Virus record (IMG/VR): IMGVR_UViG_3300028586_000785
Strand: one strand, 5' to 3'
DNA: 64,000 nt
From: an uncultured virus (IMG/VR IMGVR_UViG_3300028586_000785)
Taxonomy: Duplodnaviria; Heunggongvirae; Uroviricota; Caudoviricetes
Part shown: positions 44,276 through 54,361 of the stretch, in pieces
Position numbering within the stretch: the stretch's first letter is position 1
How the letters are laid out: each line of letters opens with the position of its first letter
Notes under the pieces: generated by a model
The model's database searches: none
The model's input: only the letters and a program-made list of their open reading frames with translations
Told to the model about the DNA's origin: nothing
Position numbers and translations under genes: made by a program

Positions 44276-45154
44276 TTACAGAGCCGACTCTCCGATAAGG
44301 AAGAACAGGTCGAAGTCCTTATCACCCTTCTTGCTGTCCAGAATGTCTTCTGCTTCACCGACGTTGATCTTGATGTCGAGGTTCTCAAGTGCCTTCTTTA
44401 GGTAAGCAATTGGGTTACCAGCAGCGAGCGAGCTAAGAACAACGCGAGGAATTTCCTTCTGCTGCTCGGCACTTAGATCATTGAAGAGACCGTTTGCTTC
44501 CTTGTCATCCTTGATGTCCTTAATGAATTCATTGACCTCATCGTTCGTGGTCAAAGGCTTCTTTGCGGAAGAGTCAGAAGAAGAGCTAGAAGAGCTTCCA
44601 GAATCGTCAGATCCACCACCGGTAGCGGGCTGGATGTTGGCACAGAATCGGACGGAGCTACCACCCTGAGAGGTGGTTACGCCTGTAATGAAGCCCTTGC
44701 GAATGAAGACCTCTTTTCCGATGTTCTCCTTGGCGACCTTGACAAGGGTGTTAGCCAAAGCAATACCGAAGGTCTCATCTTCCTTGCGACCCGCGTGGTA
44801 CTCAGTCCACTCAGTGTCGATGCTCTGGTCCTCCATGTCACCCTTAGCGTTCTTAGCCTTTAGGTGGAGCCTTGCCTTCTTTCCGACAAGGAAGTTCTGG
44901 TCACCCCGTCTATCGAAAATCTCTACACGGTCGATTACAGCCTTGAACGTGTTGCTCTTTCCCTCGTCGAGCGGCTGACCATCCTTGTTGATGGAAACGC
45001 GCTTCTGGTGACGGATTGCACCCGAGATGAAGTGGATTACGTCATCGATAGATGCACCATCAGCATACTGAGGAACTACTGCACTGATGATAGCTTCTGC
45101 GTTGCCCGTAATCGGTTCGCGGAAGGCAGATGGAACGTTGTTTAGAATGCTCAT
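44276..45154 (-). CDS. Hypothetical protein
   Basis: 292 aa two-domain ORF with a Ser-rich linker. Confidence 0.75.
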   Translation of the reverse strand: MSILNNVPSAFREPITGNAEAIISAVVPQYADGASIDDVIHFISGAIRHQKRVSINKDGQPLDEGKSNTFKAVIDRVEIFDRRGDQNFLVGKKARLHLKAKNAKGDMEDQSIDTEWTEYHAGRKEDETFGIALANTLVKVAKENIGKEVFIRKGFITGVTTSQGGSSVRFCANIQPATGGGSDDSGSSSSSSSDSSAKKPLTTNDEVNEFIKDIKDDKEANGLFNDLSAEQQKEIPRVVLSSLAAGNPIAYLKKALENLDIKINVGEAEDILDSKKGDKDFDLFFLIGESAL

Positions 45155-45205
45155 TGTCGTTTTTTCTTTCGTTGTTTGTGTGGTCTAAGTTTACTACATT
45201 TGGGG

Positions 45206-46420
45206 TCAGTTATTCTGAGTTGCGGCTGCCATAGCCACATAAGTCAGAGTAGATGAGTCTGTTCCTGGGGTGAAATCTTCGTCATCGATAAGGGCAATTG
45301 AACGGATGACGCTGCCCTCTCGCGGGATGAGTGCGATGATGATTTCTTCACGCTCAGGAGGGTAAGAATCAAACAGATTGGTGAACTGATTCCATCTGAA
45401 AAGTAGCGATGCAGGCTCTCCTACCAGGGACTTGATATCCACAACGTCCTCGAAGCCCGCACGGTCCTTTACGCTCAGAGTAATACCATCCTGGGCTACA
45501 GCCATCTTGATATCGCGAACCTCGGTCTTGCCATTCAATGCAGCGATAGTGTCTGCCGACCGGAAAGTGGCAATCAGATCCTTCTTGTTCACAGTGACTA
45601 CGCTAATAGCCTTTTCGACGCTGGCAAAGGTGTTCTTTCGGATGTTATCGATCTGGAAAGCCTTGACATCGTGAGCAGACGTAGCGAGTCGAATGTGTCG
45701 CTTTACATTCTCACCCTCAACAACAAGGTGAACTGCACTCTTGTTGTCCGCGATAGAGATTTCAACTGTCTCACCCTGTGCAATCTGCTCAATCGCATTG
45801 TTTAGAGCGTTTCGATTGACGAGTGTTGCAACTGAACCGTCCGAGCTTTTGATAGATACGTACTTCAGGTTGACAGCCGCACCAATTCGGGTAGCGAACA
45901 ATGCCCTATCACCCTCGAATTCGAGATAGACATTGCTGCTAATGCTCGAACTACCATTGTCAGCAATCGATGCGCCACCCTTGAATCCGGATACAAATTC
46001 GGAAGACTCGAACACGGCTTTGTTCTCTCCGCTTTCACCGATGCGAGGAAGAACAGTAGAGTGCACGTCTAGAAGGTCAAGAGATAGCTTACGGCGACCA
46101 GAAGAGATAGCAAGCGTCTTGCTGTCAGCTTCCAGTGTTACATCTTCACCTACAGGAACGTTAGAAACAGCAGTCTTTAGTCTAGATGCAGGAACCAAAA
46201 TCGTTCCAGACTCCTCGACATCAGCACCATCTACGATGAAGTACTGAGTGGCAGACAACTCATTCTCAGCAGTGAGCGTGACTGTGTTCGACTCCTGATC
46301 GGCGTGGATAAGGATGGAGGAAAGATTGTTGATGCTTCCGCCCGCACCCTCTTTGGCAGCATAGGTCTCAACTACCTTGATGCTCTTATCGATGACTTGC
46401 TGATTCGCCGTAATCTTCAT
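45206..46420 (-). CDS. dnaN: DNA polymerase III beta sliding clamp (divergent)
   Basis: ~400 aa; LSSILI.A, LTA, ESG.ILVPA..L...V..VP three-domain pattern. Confidence 0.75.
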   Translation of the reverse strand: MKITANQQVIDKSIKVVETYAAKEGAGGSINNLSSILIHADQESNTVTLTAENELSATQYFIVDGADVEESGTILVPASRLKTAVSNVPVGEDVTLEADSKTLAISSGRRKLSLDLLDVHSTVLPRIGESGENKAVFESSEFVSGFKGGASIADNGSSSISSNVYLEFEGDRALFATRIGAAVNLKYVSIKSSDGSVATLVNRNALNNAIEQIAQGETVEISIADNKSAVHLVVEGENVKRHIRLATSAHDVKAFQIDNIRKNTFASVEKAISVVTVNKKDLIATFRSADTIAALNGKTEVRDIKMAVAQDGITLSVKDRAGFEDVVDIKSLVGEPASLLFRWNQFTNLFDSYPPEREEIIIALIPREGSVIRSIALIDDEDFTPGTDSSTLTYVAMAAATQNN

Positions 46421-46485
46421 TCGTATTCTCTATCTTTCTTAGGTGGTAGGTACTGTATCAAAGCTTTCCGTAAGTAGCAATGAGT

Positions 46486-47139
46486 TTAGTGATTTGGTAC
46501 TGGCAGGTTTCGTGGTGTGAGCTTGGACTTGACGATTTTTAGTTCACCCTCGCCGTTATCGCCCCAAGAGCATTCCCATGCATCTTCCGAAATGCGCTTA
46601 TGCTTTTCTCCATCATGTTTCATGGTGTGCTTGATGAATTGCATGCCATCAACAGCGACATGAACCGCAACTGAGTGTCGCATCTCGCCAATACGCGCAG
46701 ACTGAGAGTAGGCAAGTGTACCGTGGTCCTCCCAAGCCCAGAATGGCTCTACACCGGGCATGTTGACGCTATAAAGGACGCATGTGTGACCCGTCCCTGA
46801 AGCCTTGTACTTGATGGAGCCACCCAAAGCGACAACGTTTCCACCACTTACCTCAGGTCGTGACACATCACCGCCGTTGAGCGCTCCAAGCACCTCTAGA
46901 CCGAACTCTTCGGGGTCACCTGACTCATGAGCACGCTTGTGAAGCTCGCTTCGGAGCTTATTGAGTAGGTCGTGAATCTGACCGTCACTGAGGGCAGAGA
47001 TGCTGAACTCACCGTTCACGCTTACCTCACCACCTCGGTCACGCTTTTGTTCGGTCTGAGTCTCCTTGATGGCAAGAGAAGCGGGGATTTTTGGTTCGCT
47101 ACTACCCTCAGCAGCAATCTGCCTGTGCGAGCGTACCAT
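46486..47139 (-). CDS. Hypothetical protein
   Basis: 217 aa ORF coupled to the sbcC stop. Confidence 0.7.
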   Translation of the reverse strand: MVRSHRQIAAEGSSEPKIPASLAIKETQTEQKRDRGGEVSVNGEFSISALSDGQIHDLLNKLRSELHKRAHESGDPEEFGLEVLGALNGGDVSRPEVSGGNVVALGGSIKYKASGTGHTCVLYSVNMPGVEPFWAWEDHGTLAYSQSARIGEMRHSVAVHVAVDGMQFIKHTMKHDGEKHKRISEDAWECSWGDNGEGELKIVKSKLTPRNLPVPNH

Positions 47140-49418
47140 TACGATACCTCCATGCTTGAAAGCTTTGTGTCCGGGTCCATTGAAACAGAAATCTGCTGAG
47201 GAAGAGCTTCGATCACTCTATCGTCGTGAGTGATGACGAAGATGGAGTCAACGAGACCTTCATTCATAGCGACACGTAGGATGTCAATGAACGCGGGGAT
47301 CTTCTTCTTGTCTAGTGGACCAAGCGGCTCATCAAGGAACAGCGTGCTTACTACGCCGCCGCTTCTCTCGTTGAACACCTTGATCATTGCAAAGAGGTTA
47401 CTGATGGAAAGACGAACACGCTCGCCAAACGAGAACGACTCATACAGGCGGCTCTTGCCATCAGAGGTGTGAACGATGATGTCAAGAACTTCCTTGCTAC
47501 CAGAGTTCTTGTTCTCGCGTTCCTGACTGAACTCTACAGTCATCTCGTTGGCACCAGAAAGGGAAGACAGAATCCTGTTCTGTTCGTCCTCAATGGCTTC
47601 TAGAATAGAGTCAAGGAGGATAGAGGGAATTCCCTTTGCGCTCGTAGCGTGAGCCAGCTTGGTAAGCCTGTCCACCTGCTCCTTTTTCTCCTGAGCCTCT
47701 CTGTTGAGCCGCTTGTTCTCCTTATTGAGTTCGGCGGTGTTCCGCTGAGCCTCGTCTAGGGATGACCGGTTTCGTTCGAGCTTTGTGTGTCGGAACTTCA
47801 CTTCATCTAGCTTGGTCTCGACAGCATCTAGCTGGTCCTTCAAGTCATCAGTGTTGTTGTCATTCTTGACAGACTCAAGCTGCTCACGAAGAACTTTCAG
47901 TGTCACCTTTTCGAATTCGTCTCGACGCTTTTCAATCTCAGCATCAATCTCAGTTAGCTCTTTATCGAGCCGGTCTTCCTCTTCCTGAGAGAGAATCTTT
48001 GCGGTTAGCTCCGCAATCGTCTCTTCGGTCAGAGTGATAAGGCGCTGAGACTCTTCCTTGGTGCGATTGTTGCTCTCAATCTTCGAGTTCTGGCGGCTGA
48101 GCAGAGTATTGTTCTGGGAGATTTCAGCGCGAGCATTGGTGAGCTTGTCCTGAAGGACTTCCAATTCAGTACCAATATCAGCAATGTCCTCTATGACTGA
48201 ATCTCTTTCGGCAACAGCAGCCGAGACAATATTGGAGTGCTTTTCTTCGGAAAGCTCAGAACCACATACCCAGCAAGCACCGTCACCGTGTCCATCACCC
48301 AGAGCAGCAAGTCTTTCATCAAGCTCAGACTTCTTAGACCTAGCCTCAGTGATACGTCGCTCAGCAGTCTTGATCTTCGGCTCGATGCGCTCGACGATAT
48401 CTAGCTCTTCTGTAATAGAGCTTTTTGTCTCATTCAGCGCGGAGACTAGATCATCTTCCTCACTAACGATATCGGTGATGGTCTGCGCATAATCATCACG
48501 CTTGTTGACAGCCTTCTGGCGTGTTGCCTGGTGATCAGTGTTGTCGGCAAGCTTCTCGTCAATTTTGGTTGCCCGAGAGTTCAGTTCGCTGATAACGAGC
48601 TTGTGGTTAGACTTGGCAGTCTCGATCTTGGATTCGATTGCACCAGATTCACCAGCGGTAGCAGCACCAATTGCGCGGTTGAGTTCCGTGATGGTGTTCT
48701 GAGCTTCAGTCTGCTCTTTGAGAATCTCCTTCTCATCGAGATCCTCAAGGATGATCTTGATTGACTCTTCTCGGTCCTTAGACTTGTTGATCTGGTCAAT
48801 GTTGAGGTTGATCTTGGACTGGATTCCGTCGTATTCCTTGTTTGCCTCTTTTAGGTTTGCCCGAGTGGAAGACTCTAGCTCTTTCCAAATAGCAAGTTCA
48901 GGGACAAGACCAGTGAGAATCTCACGACGCTTATTGGAGTCGGTAGCCGTGAAAGCGGTTCCACCTGGGTATGCACTCTGGTCCATGATGACTAGTGAGT
49001 AGAAGGCATCTCGGCTAAGACCAATGATCTTATTGATCTCATTCTGGGCATCAAGCTGTAGCTTGCTGTTGAACTGGCTCCAACCACCTGGGTCGCTAGC
49101 GTCCTGATACCAAAGAGCGAGAGAGCCACCACCACCCTTACCAGTGGTCCAACTGCGTTCAATACGCCAAACGTTTCCAGCAGTATCACTGAGCTTTAGC
49201 GAACCCGATGCGGTCTTAGCGGAATCGTTGACAACGGAGTCCTTGTTGTTGCCAAACCGGCTAGAGCCATAGAGCAGCCACGCAATGCCCTGAGGGATGG
49301 TGGACTTACCAGCGCCGTTCTCTCCCACTACCGACGCATAGGCAATGTCTTCGAGGTTGATGTCTAGTGTCTTGTAGCTCAGAAAGTTGAGAAGCTTTAG
49401 GTGAAGGAATTTCGTCAT
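47139..49418 (-). CDS. sbcC: SbcC/Rad50-like ABC ATPase
   Basis: NFLSY, GENGAGKST, coiled coil with CWVC hook, FSFGE signature, LFLDEP, ITH. Confidence 0.9.
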   Translation of the reverse strand: MTKFLHLKLLNFLSYKTLDINLEDIAYASVVGENGAGKSTIPQGIAWLLYGSSRFGNNKDSVVNDSAKTASGSLKLSDTAGNVWRIERSWTTGKGGGGSLALWYQDASDPGGWSQFNSKLQLDAQNEINKIIGLSRDAFYSLVIMDQSAYPGGTAFTATDSNKRREILTGLVPELAIWKELESSTRANLKEANKEYDGIQSKINLNIDQINKSKDREESIKIILEDLDEKEILKEQTEAQNTITELNRAIGAATAGESGAIESKIETAKSNHKLVISELNSRATKIDEKLADNTDHQATRQKAVNKRDDYAQTITDIVSEEDDLVSALNETKSSITEELDIVERIEPKIKTAERRITEARSKKSELDERLAALGDGHGDGACWVCGSELSEEKHSNIVSAAVAERDSVIEDIADIGTELEVLQDKLTNARAEISQNNTLLSRQNSKIESNNRTKEESQRLITLTEETIAELTAKILSQEEEDRLDKELTEIDAEIEKRRDEFEKVTLKVLREQLESVKNDNNTDDLKDQLDAVETKLDEVKFRHTKLERNRSSLDEAQRNTAELNKENKRLNREAQEKKEQVDRLTKLAHATSAKGIPSILLDSILEAIEDEQNRILSSLSGANEMTVEFSQERENKNSGSKEVLDIIVHTSDGKSRLYESFSFGERVRLSISNLFAMIKVFNERSGGVVSTLFLDEPLGPLDKKKIPAFIDILRVAMNEGLVDSIFVITHDDRVIEALPQQISVSMDPDTKLSSMEVS

Positions 49419-49459
49419 GGTCTGGATATTGTAGAACAGATTGATTCAGATGGCAACAG

Positions 49460-49496
49460 CAAAACCCCGCTATCTGCAATAGATAGCGGGGTTTTG
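49460..49496. terminator. Intrinsic terminator after ssb
   Basis: CAAAACCCCGCTATCT/AGATAGCGGGGTTTTG 16-bp inverted repeat. Confidence 0.85.
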
Positions 49497-49507
49497 AGGA
49501 TTACTGG

Positions 49508-50161
49508 TTAGTCGTCAGAACCGTAGCTGGTGCTACGAGCGCGACGGGAAGAGCGGCGCGAGCTACCCGAGTCCTCATCACTGTTCGAGTCGTCGTTGCT
49601 GTCGTTATCGCTGCCGCGCGAAGAACGGCGCGAAGAGCGAGGCTCTTCTGCATCATCGCCACCGCGAGAGGAACGACGCGACGAACGAGGCTCGTCATCG
49701 TTGCTGTTGTTGGACGATCCACGACGGCTAGAACGCGAGTCGTCATTGTTGCTTCCACCGCTATTGCCACCACCATCGCCGTTGTAGTCCTGAGCCTCGA
49801 TAGCGACCTCGGTGAATCGGGGCGAAGCACCAATCTGACGAGCGAAGACCGTGATGGTCTGCTCCTGGTTGACGCTGCCATCTTCAAGCTTACGGTCCCA
49901 GCGGTGACCCTTGAAGTCACCTACGAAGGAAATACGGTCGTACTTCTTCCAACCACCAGCGATGATGTTCTCAGCCGTGCTACCAGTGACAATGATGTCG
50001 ATGAAGAAGGAGTCTAGTTCGTCTCCCTCCTGCTCACGGTAGTTAAGCTTGGTCTTTAGGGATACAGTCGCGTTCTTGCCCTCGCGGTTGATCTGCTTGG
50101 GGTCTGCGTAGAGCGTACCTTCTGCCTGAATACTTCCTGCTGGGAATGCTGCCTGTGACAT
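49508..50161 (-). CDS. ssb: Single-stranded DNA-binding protein
   Basis: GTL.ADP...FIDI...AENI...K.DRI...G...IGASPRF OB-fold pattern plus a low-complexity tail. Confidence 0.8.
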   Translation of the reverse strand: MSQAAFPAGSIQAEGTLYADPKQINREGKNATVSLKTKLNYREQEGDELDSFFIDIIVTGSTAENIIAGGWKKYDRISFVGDFKGHRWDRKLEDGSVNQEQTITVFARQIGASPRFTEVAIEAQDYNGDGGGNSGGSNNDDSRSSRRGSSNNSNDDEPRSSRRSSRGGDDAEEPRSSRRSSRGSDNDSNDDSNSDEDSGSSRRSSRRARSTSYGSDD

Positions 50162-50325
50162 GTCTTCTCTTTTCTTCTCGTTCAATTCGGTAATTAGTCA
50201 CAAAACCAAGTCCATTGGACCCGGTTAGTGGGCTAACAGTACCATAGATGACCAGAAGCGCAAGACCTGATTGAGAAAAAAATTGAGTCATTTTTAGACC
50301 AGCAAAACCAACTCTTGACCAGGGT

Positions 50326-51453
50326 TTATAGACCCCTCTTGTTGCGGTAGTTTCTGGTAGCCATATCGAAGAATGCATCTCGATTCTGCTGGTTTCGTCT
50401 CTTTCGTAGAGCTTCTGTATCTTCAGGTCGAGTTCCGAACAGCTTGTCCATAAACGCCGCAGTAGCACCCACTGCGTGAATGGTTCCCTTGGCAAGGTTA
50501 GCCGTTCCATTGAGAGCACCAGAGATTGCGTCTTGCCTCTGTTTGATTCTTTCAGCGGAGAGACGATCAGCCTCTTCTTGTGCCTGCTCCTGTGCCTGCC
50601 TGTCGGCGGCGTTCTTTTCAACCCAGGCACGCGCCTCTTGGAAGTAGTCAGAGTGGATAGGTTCTGCTTCTGCCCTGGCTGGTAGAGCGTTAGCCGGGTT
50701 GACAGCAGCCGGATTTGCAGCCTTACTACCAGTGGCAATAAGAACGTTGTTGTGAAAATCACTTGCTTCGCGACGTGATGCAATTACGACATGAGGCGCA
50801 ATATCGTTGTTGTACACAACGGATAGGAAGCTCTGGTACGGGATGTCGTAAGGAATGCCGTCAGCAGACTCCTTGATGCTTTCTGCGTTAGCAAGCTCCC
50901 ACTCCTTACGGATTCCATAAGAAATGATTGCACGAGCATCATCGTAATCTGCGAAGCCTCCCAGTCCATCACTAGGAATGGCATTGCTGATGAACTCAGC
51001 GTCATCTTGCGAAACTAGCTCCCCGGTGGGCACCAATCCTTCTACGACATCTGATGAGAAATTCTCGATATGGAGATCTCTTAGCGCCGGGTCTGTTTCA
51101 AGCCTTTCGTCTCGCGCAAAACGAAGCGCCGCTGTGGTGGCTGCTCCCTCTGCATAAGACCTGACCTGATCACGAATACCCTCTGGATTGATACTGTCCT
51201 GAATGTCAATAAAGACCTTCTTGGTGTCTGACCAGATCTGAATTGGTGTGGAGCCGTTGAACTCACCTTCGTGCTGCTCTGCCGGGTCGTCGTAACCGCC
51301 CTTACCCTTATTGGTATTGAGGCGGTCAAGACGACCCGAGCGTGCGCCCTCTTCTGTGTCCGAGTAATTGAGGTACCAGTGTTGCCAGCAATACAGACCT
51401 GTTGTGCTACGGGTACACGTGTCTGATTTGCACTTTGCTGAACCAACTCCCAT
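50326..51453 (-). CDS. Hypothetical protein with an N-terminal CCCH motif
   Basis: CKSDTCTRSTTGLYCWQH; GGAGG RBS before MGVGS (the ORF track starts it at 51486). Confidence 0.7.
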   Translation of the reverse strand: MGVGSAKCKSDTCTRSTTGLYCWQHWYLNYSDTEEGARSGRLDRLNTNKGKGGYDDPAEQHEGEFNGSTPIQIWSDTKKVFIDIQDSINPEGIRDQVRSYAEGAATTAALRFARDERLETDPALRDLHIENFSSDVVEGLVPTGELVSQDDAEFISNAIPSDGLGGFADYDDARAIISYGIRKEWELANAESIKESADGIPYDIPYQSFLSVVYNNDIAPHVVIASRREASDFHNNVLIATGSKAANPAAVNPANALPARAEAEPIHSDYFQEARAWVEKNAADRQAQEQAQEEADRLSAERIKQRQDAISGALNGTANLAKGTIHAVGATAAFMDKLFGTRPEDTEALRKRRNQQNRDAFFDMATRNYRNKRGL

Positions 51454-51528
51454 GACGGACCTCCATGAATCTTTCCTAATAGGCATATCTTATCAGGAAG
51501 CTCCGACACCTTAGCAATACAACAAACT

Positions 51529-53913
51529 TTACCTAGCAGGTGCGATACTACGACGCTTTCCTTGACGGTTGTCGCCTAGATTCGTCCAGAGCCTAGGATC
51601 TGGATTGGGAGCAACGAATGGTTCGATACGGTGTTCAGGATTGATAGCGTCAATCCAGTCGCTGAACGCATCTTCATCTGTAGTAACTTTCCAGCCCTTA
51701 GGAAGTAGCGATACTACAGCGCTAGCGTACCTAGTGGTGAGCGTGCGGTCGTCAAGGAAGATGATTCCACCGATGTCCTTAACCGAACGAATCAAACGAC
51801 CAGTTCCCTGAGCCAGCATGACTGCTGCATAATCGACATTCACTTCCATGAATGCATTGCCACCGCGTTCCTTTACGAACTCTTCGCGAGCCTTGAAGAT
51901 AGGGTCATTAGGCTGCGGGAATGGAAGCTTCTCGATAACTACTAGGTTCAGGTCGTCTCCGGAGATATCGACACCTTCCCAGAATGAAGTAGTTCCGACC
52001 AAAACAGCATTAGGGCTAGCCTTGAAAGCAGCGATTAGCTCGCCCTTACCCTTCCTGTCGCTCTGGGAGAGTACCTCGAAGTGAGGGGGAAGCGATTCAC
52101 GAGCAAGACTGGTGAACTCTTCACACTTCTGGTGGCTCGTGGTTAGGATGAGGGTCCGACCACCAAGCTTCAGAGTCTGCGGCATGACCTTTGACCAAGC
52201 GTTGTACGCCCACTTGCGGTCATCTCGACCCTTAGGCATACCAAGACCCTTAGGAACCCAGACTCTAACGCGAGTGGGGTCGAATGGACTCTCCACGTCA
52301 ATGTAGTTGTCTGTCTTCATACCAACCGTTACAGGGGTGGACTTAGAGATCGTTCCCGAACTAAGTACAAGCGTAGCGGGGAAGAGTAGACCTGTATCAC
52401 CCGAGTAGATATTGGGCATCTGAGAAGCCCGAGTCACCATCTTGCGGAAGAACGAAACATCGATAGGAACCGTCTTGATAACAAGAGGATCACCTGCGTT
52501 CGAGAAGTTGAGAGAGAACTGGTGTCTGTTCTGCTGATCAACCATCTCAAGCTGTTCTGAAAGCTTGGTTGCGTTAGCAACGATATCTTCCTGAATCTGA
52601 GTGTTCATGGCAGCTACGACCTTGGGTACACCATTCCGGTCGAGAGCAAGACCAGACTTTGATGCACGCTCAGCATTCATTGCGTATACCTGTAGTTCGT
52701 CGGTGAACTTAGCCGACCTGTTTGCCAGGTGCATCAGAGCTTCTGAGAGTTCTTCGCGGAAGATGTTCTCCGTTTCTGCGTCACCATCGATAACGGAGTT
52801 CAAGCGGCTTTCTGCATCGAGGAAGTCGTTGCGGAAGCGAGCGAATAGCATGTCCTCGCCGTAACGCTTGGTGAGCTTCTTCGCAATATCGTCAACAAGA
52901 TCCATCGACTTAGTGATATTCAGTTCAACAGAGAACGCCTCAGCGAGAATACGGAATAGGTGGTGCGCCTCATCGACAATCACCATATCGATACCCTTGA
53001 GCAGGTATGGGTTGAGTGAGTTTTCCGACATGAAGGAGTCGGTGCGGATTAGCTCATAGGCAAGGAGGGTCGTGTTGACAACAACGATCTGAGAATCGAG
53101 AGCGTGAGCGTAAGCAGCCCTGTAGATGCACTGGCTGCTGCAAGCAATCTCACCGGGAAGCTCTGCGACTTCATCAAGAAACTCCTGGGGGAAGTCAGCA
53201 ATGCTCGTACCCTCGTCAACATCAGTAGGGAGGTTCTTTAGCTTGTTGGGGTCAATCCACTTCTCACGCTGCATCGCGCAGTTCTTGCTACCACTAATCT
53301 GCTGCCGCGTACCCGGTCGCAGTCTACCCATCAACGCTTCTGCGTCAAATGAGAGAACATCGCGGTTCTCCTGTGCTGTTTCTGCCCGAGCAAGAATCTC
53401 TTTGAGCGTACCCAAGTCGCGAGTATCAGGCTCTTCAATGTCCTCAAACAGAACGAGGTCTTCCTTTGTTCCGCCACCGAGCATAGCCCGAGTGGAAGAG
53501 AGGCAAGGGTAGTTGCTCTTGCCCTTCATCATTCCATAAGTGAGGTCGTAGCCGTAGATAGCCTTGAGGTCTTCCTTCAACTGAGGAAGCTCTTCCTTAA
53601 TCAACTGATCCTGAAGAGACTTGGTGGAGGTGGCAACCACCATGCGCTTTCCGGCTGCAAGACCAGCCAGCATGTACGCAAGGGACTTTCCGGTACCAAC
53701 AGGTGCGTTAGTGGCAATGTCAACCGGAGACCCAGGATATCCGTTGCGAACGGACGAGCTAATGTTCTCCACCATCTGTACCTGACCAGCACGCTTATCC
53801 CAACCTCGGTGCTCCAAAACGGCATCGAGGATGTCGCTACCGTTTGTGGGGAGCTTTACGGGGGTGGTTTCGCTTTCAGCCGAGTCGGGTTCTGCGTATT
53901 CTGGTTCAGTCAT
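51529..53913 (-). CDS. dinG: DinG/YoaA family helicase
   Basis: R.GQ..M, APVGTGKSLAY, KGKSNYPC, IVDEAH, SSGT, SFWEGVD, KLPF..P, QG.GRLIR. Confidence 0.9.
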   Translation of the reverse strand: MTEPEYAEPDSAESETTPVKLPTNGSDILDAVLEHRGWDKRAGQVQMVENISSSVRNGYPGSPVDIATNAPVGTGKSLAYMLAGLAAGKRMVVATSTKSLQDQLIKEELPQLKEDLKAIYGYDLTYGMMKGKSNYPCLSSTRAMLGGGTKEDLVLFEDIEEPDTRDLGTLKEILARAETAQENRDVLSFDAEALMGRLRPGTRQQISGSKNCAMQREKWIDPNKLKNLPTDVDEGTSIADFPQEFLDEVAELPGEIACSSQCIYRAAYAHALDSQIVVVNTTLLAYELIRTDSFMSENSLNPYLLKGIDMVIVDEAHHLFRILAEAFSVELNITKSMDLVDDIAKKLTKRYGEDMLFARFRNDFLDAESRLNSVIDGDAETENIFREELSEALMHLANRSAKFTDELQVYAMNAERASKSGLALDRNGVPKVVAAMNTQIQEDIVANATKLSEQLEMVDQQNRHQFSLNFSNAGDPLVIKTVPIDVSFFRKMVTRASQMPNIYSGDTGLLFPATLVLSSGTISKSTPVTVGMKTDNYIDVESPFDPTRVRVWVPKGLGMPKGRDDRKWAYNAWSKVMPQTLKLGGRTLILTTSHQKCEEFTSLARESLPPHFEVLSQSDRKGKGELIAAFKASPNAVLVGTTSFWEGVDISGDDLNLVVIEKLPFPQPNDPIFKAREEFVKERGGNAFMEVNVDYAAVMLAQGTGRLIRSVKDIGGIIFLDDRTLTTRYASAVVSLLPKGWKVTTDEDAFSDWIDAINPEHRIEPFVAPNPDPRLWTNLGDNRQGKRRSIAPAR

Positions 53914-54361
53914 TTTGTTTTCTTGCTACCTTCACTAAGTTCGTTTTGCTCACCCCGATTTCAACATCGTTTCCGACCCTGAGGATGAGATTCTTTCCTT
54001 GTTGTTTGATGGATGATACCTCAGCCCAGTGCGATCCCGCAACCGAAGTTTTGTGAGCCGCTAGGAGCATGTCTCCCAACTCAATGTCATCAGCCTGAAT
54101 CTGTAGTAATGATGTACCTTGCGGAATCTCATTTTTGGCGGTGACAACATCTGATGGAAACTCCCTATGCTTGGGAGACAGAAGGGAGTCGGGTAGATCC
54201 GGCAAGATAGACTTGATGCTTCTCTTGTGGACTTGACCGAGAGTCAGCTTACCATCTGCAACCCCATCAAGCACAGTCTCGCTAATGCCGGTTAGATATG
54301 CCAGTGTGGGTATATCTCTGATGCCGTTATCCGCAATGTACTTTCTAAGGTCGGTCGTCAA
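53906..54361 (-). CDS. Putative XRE-like HTH protein
   Basis: LRKYIADNGI...LAYLTGISETVLDGVADGK; start uncertain (TTG at 54361; ORF track 54457). Confidence 0.55.
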   Translation of the reverse strand: MTTDLRKYIADNGIRDIPTLAYLTGISETVLDGVADGKLTLGQVHKRSIKSILPDLPDSLLSPKHREFPSDVVTAKNEIPQGTSLLQIQADDIELGDMLLAAHKTSVAGSHWAEVSSIKQQGKNLILRVGNDVEIGVSKTNLVKVARKQND

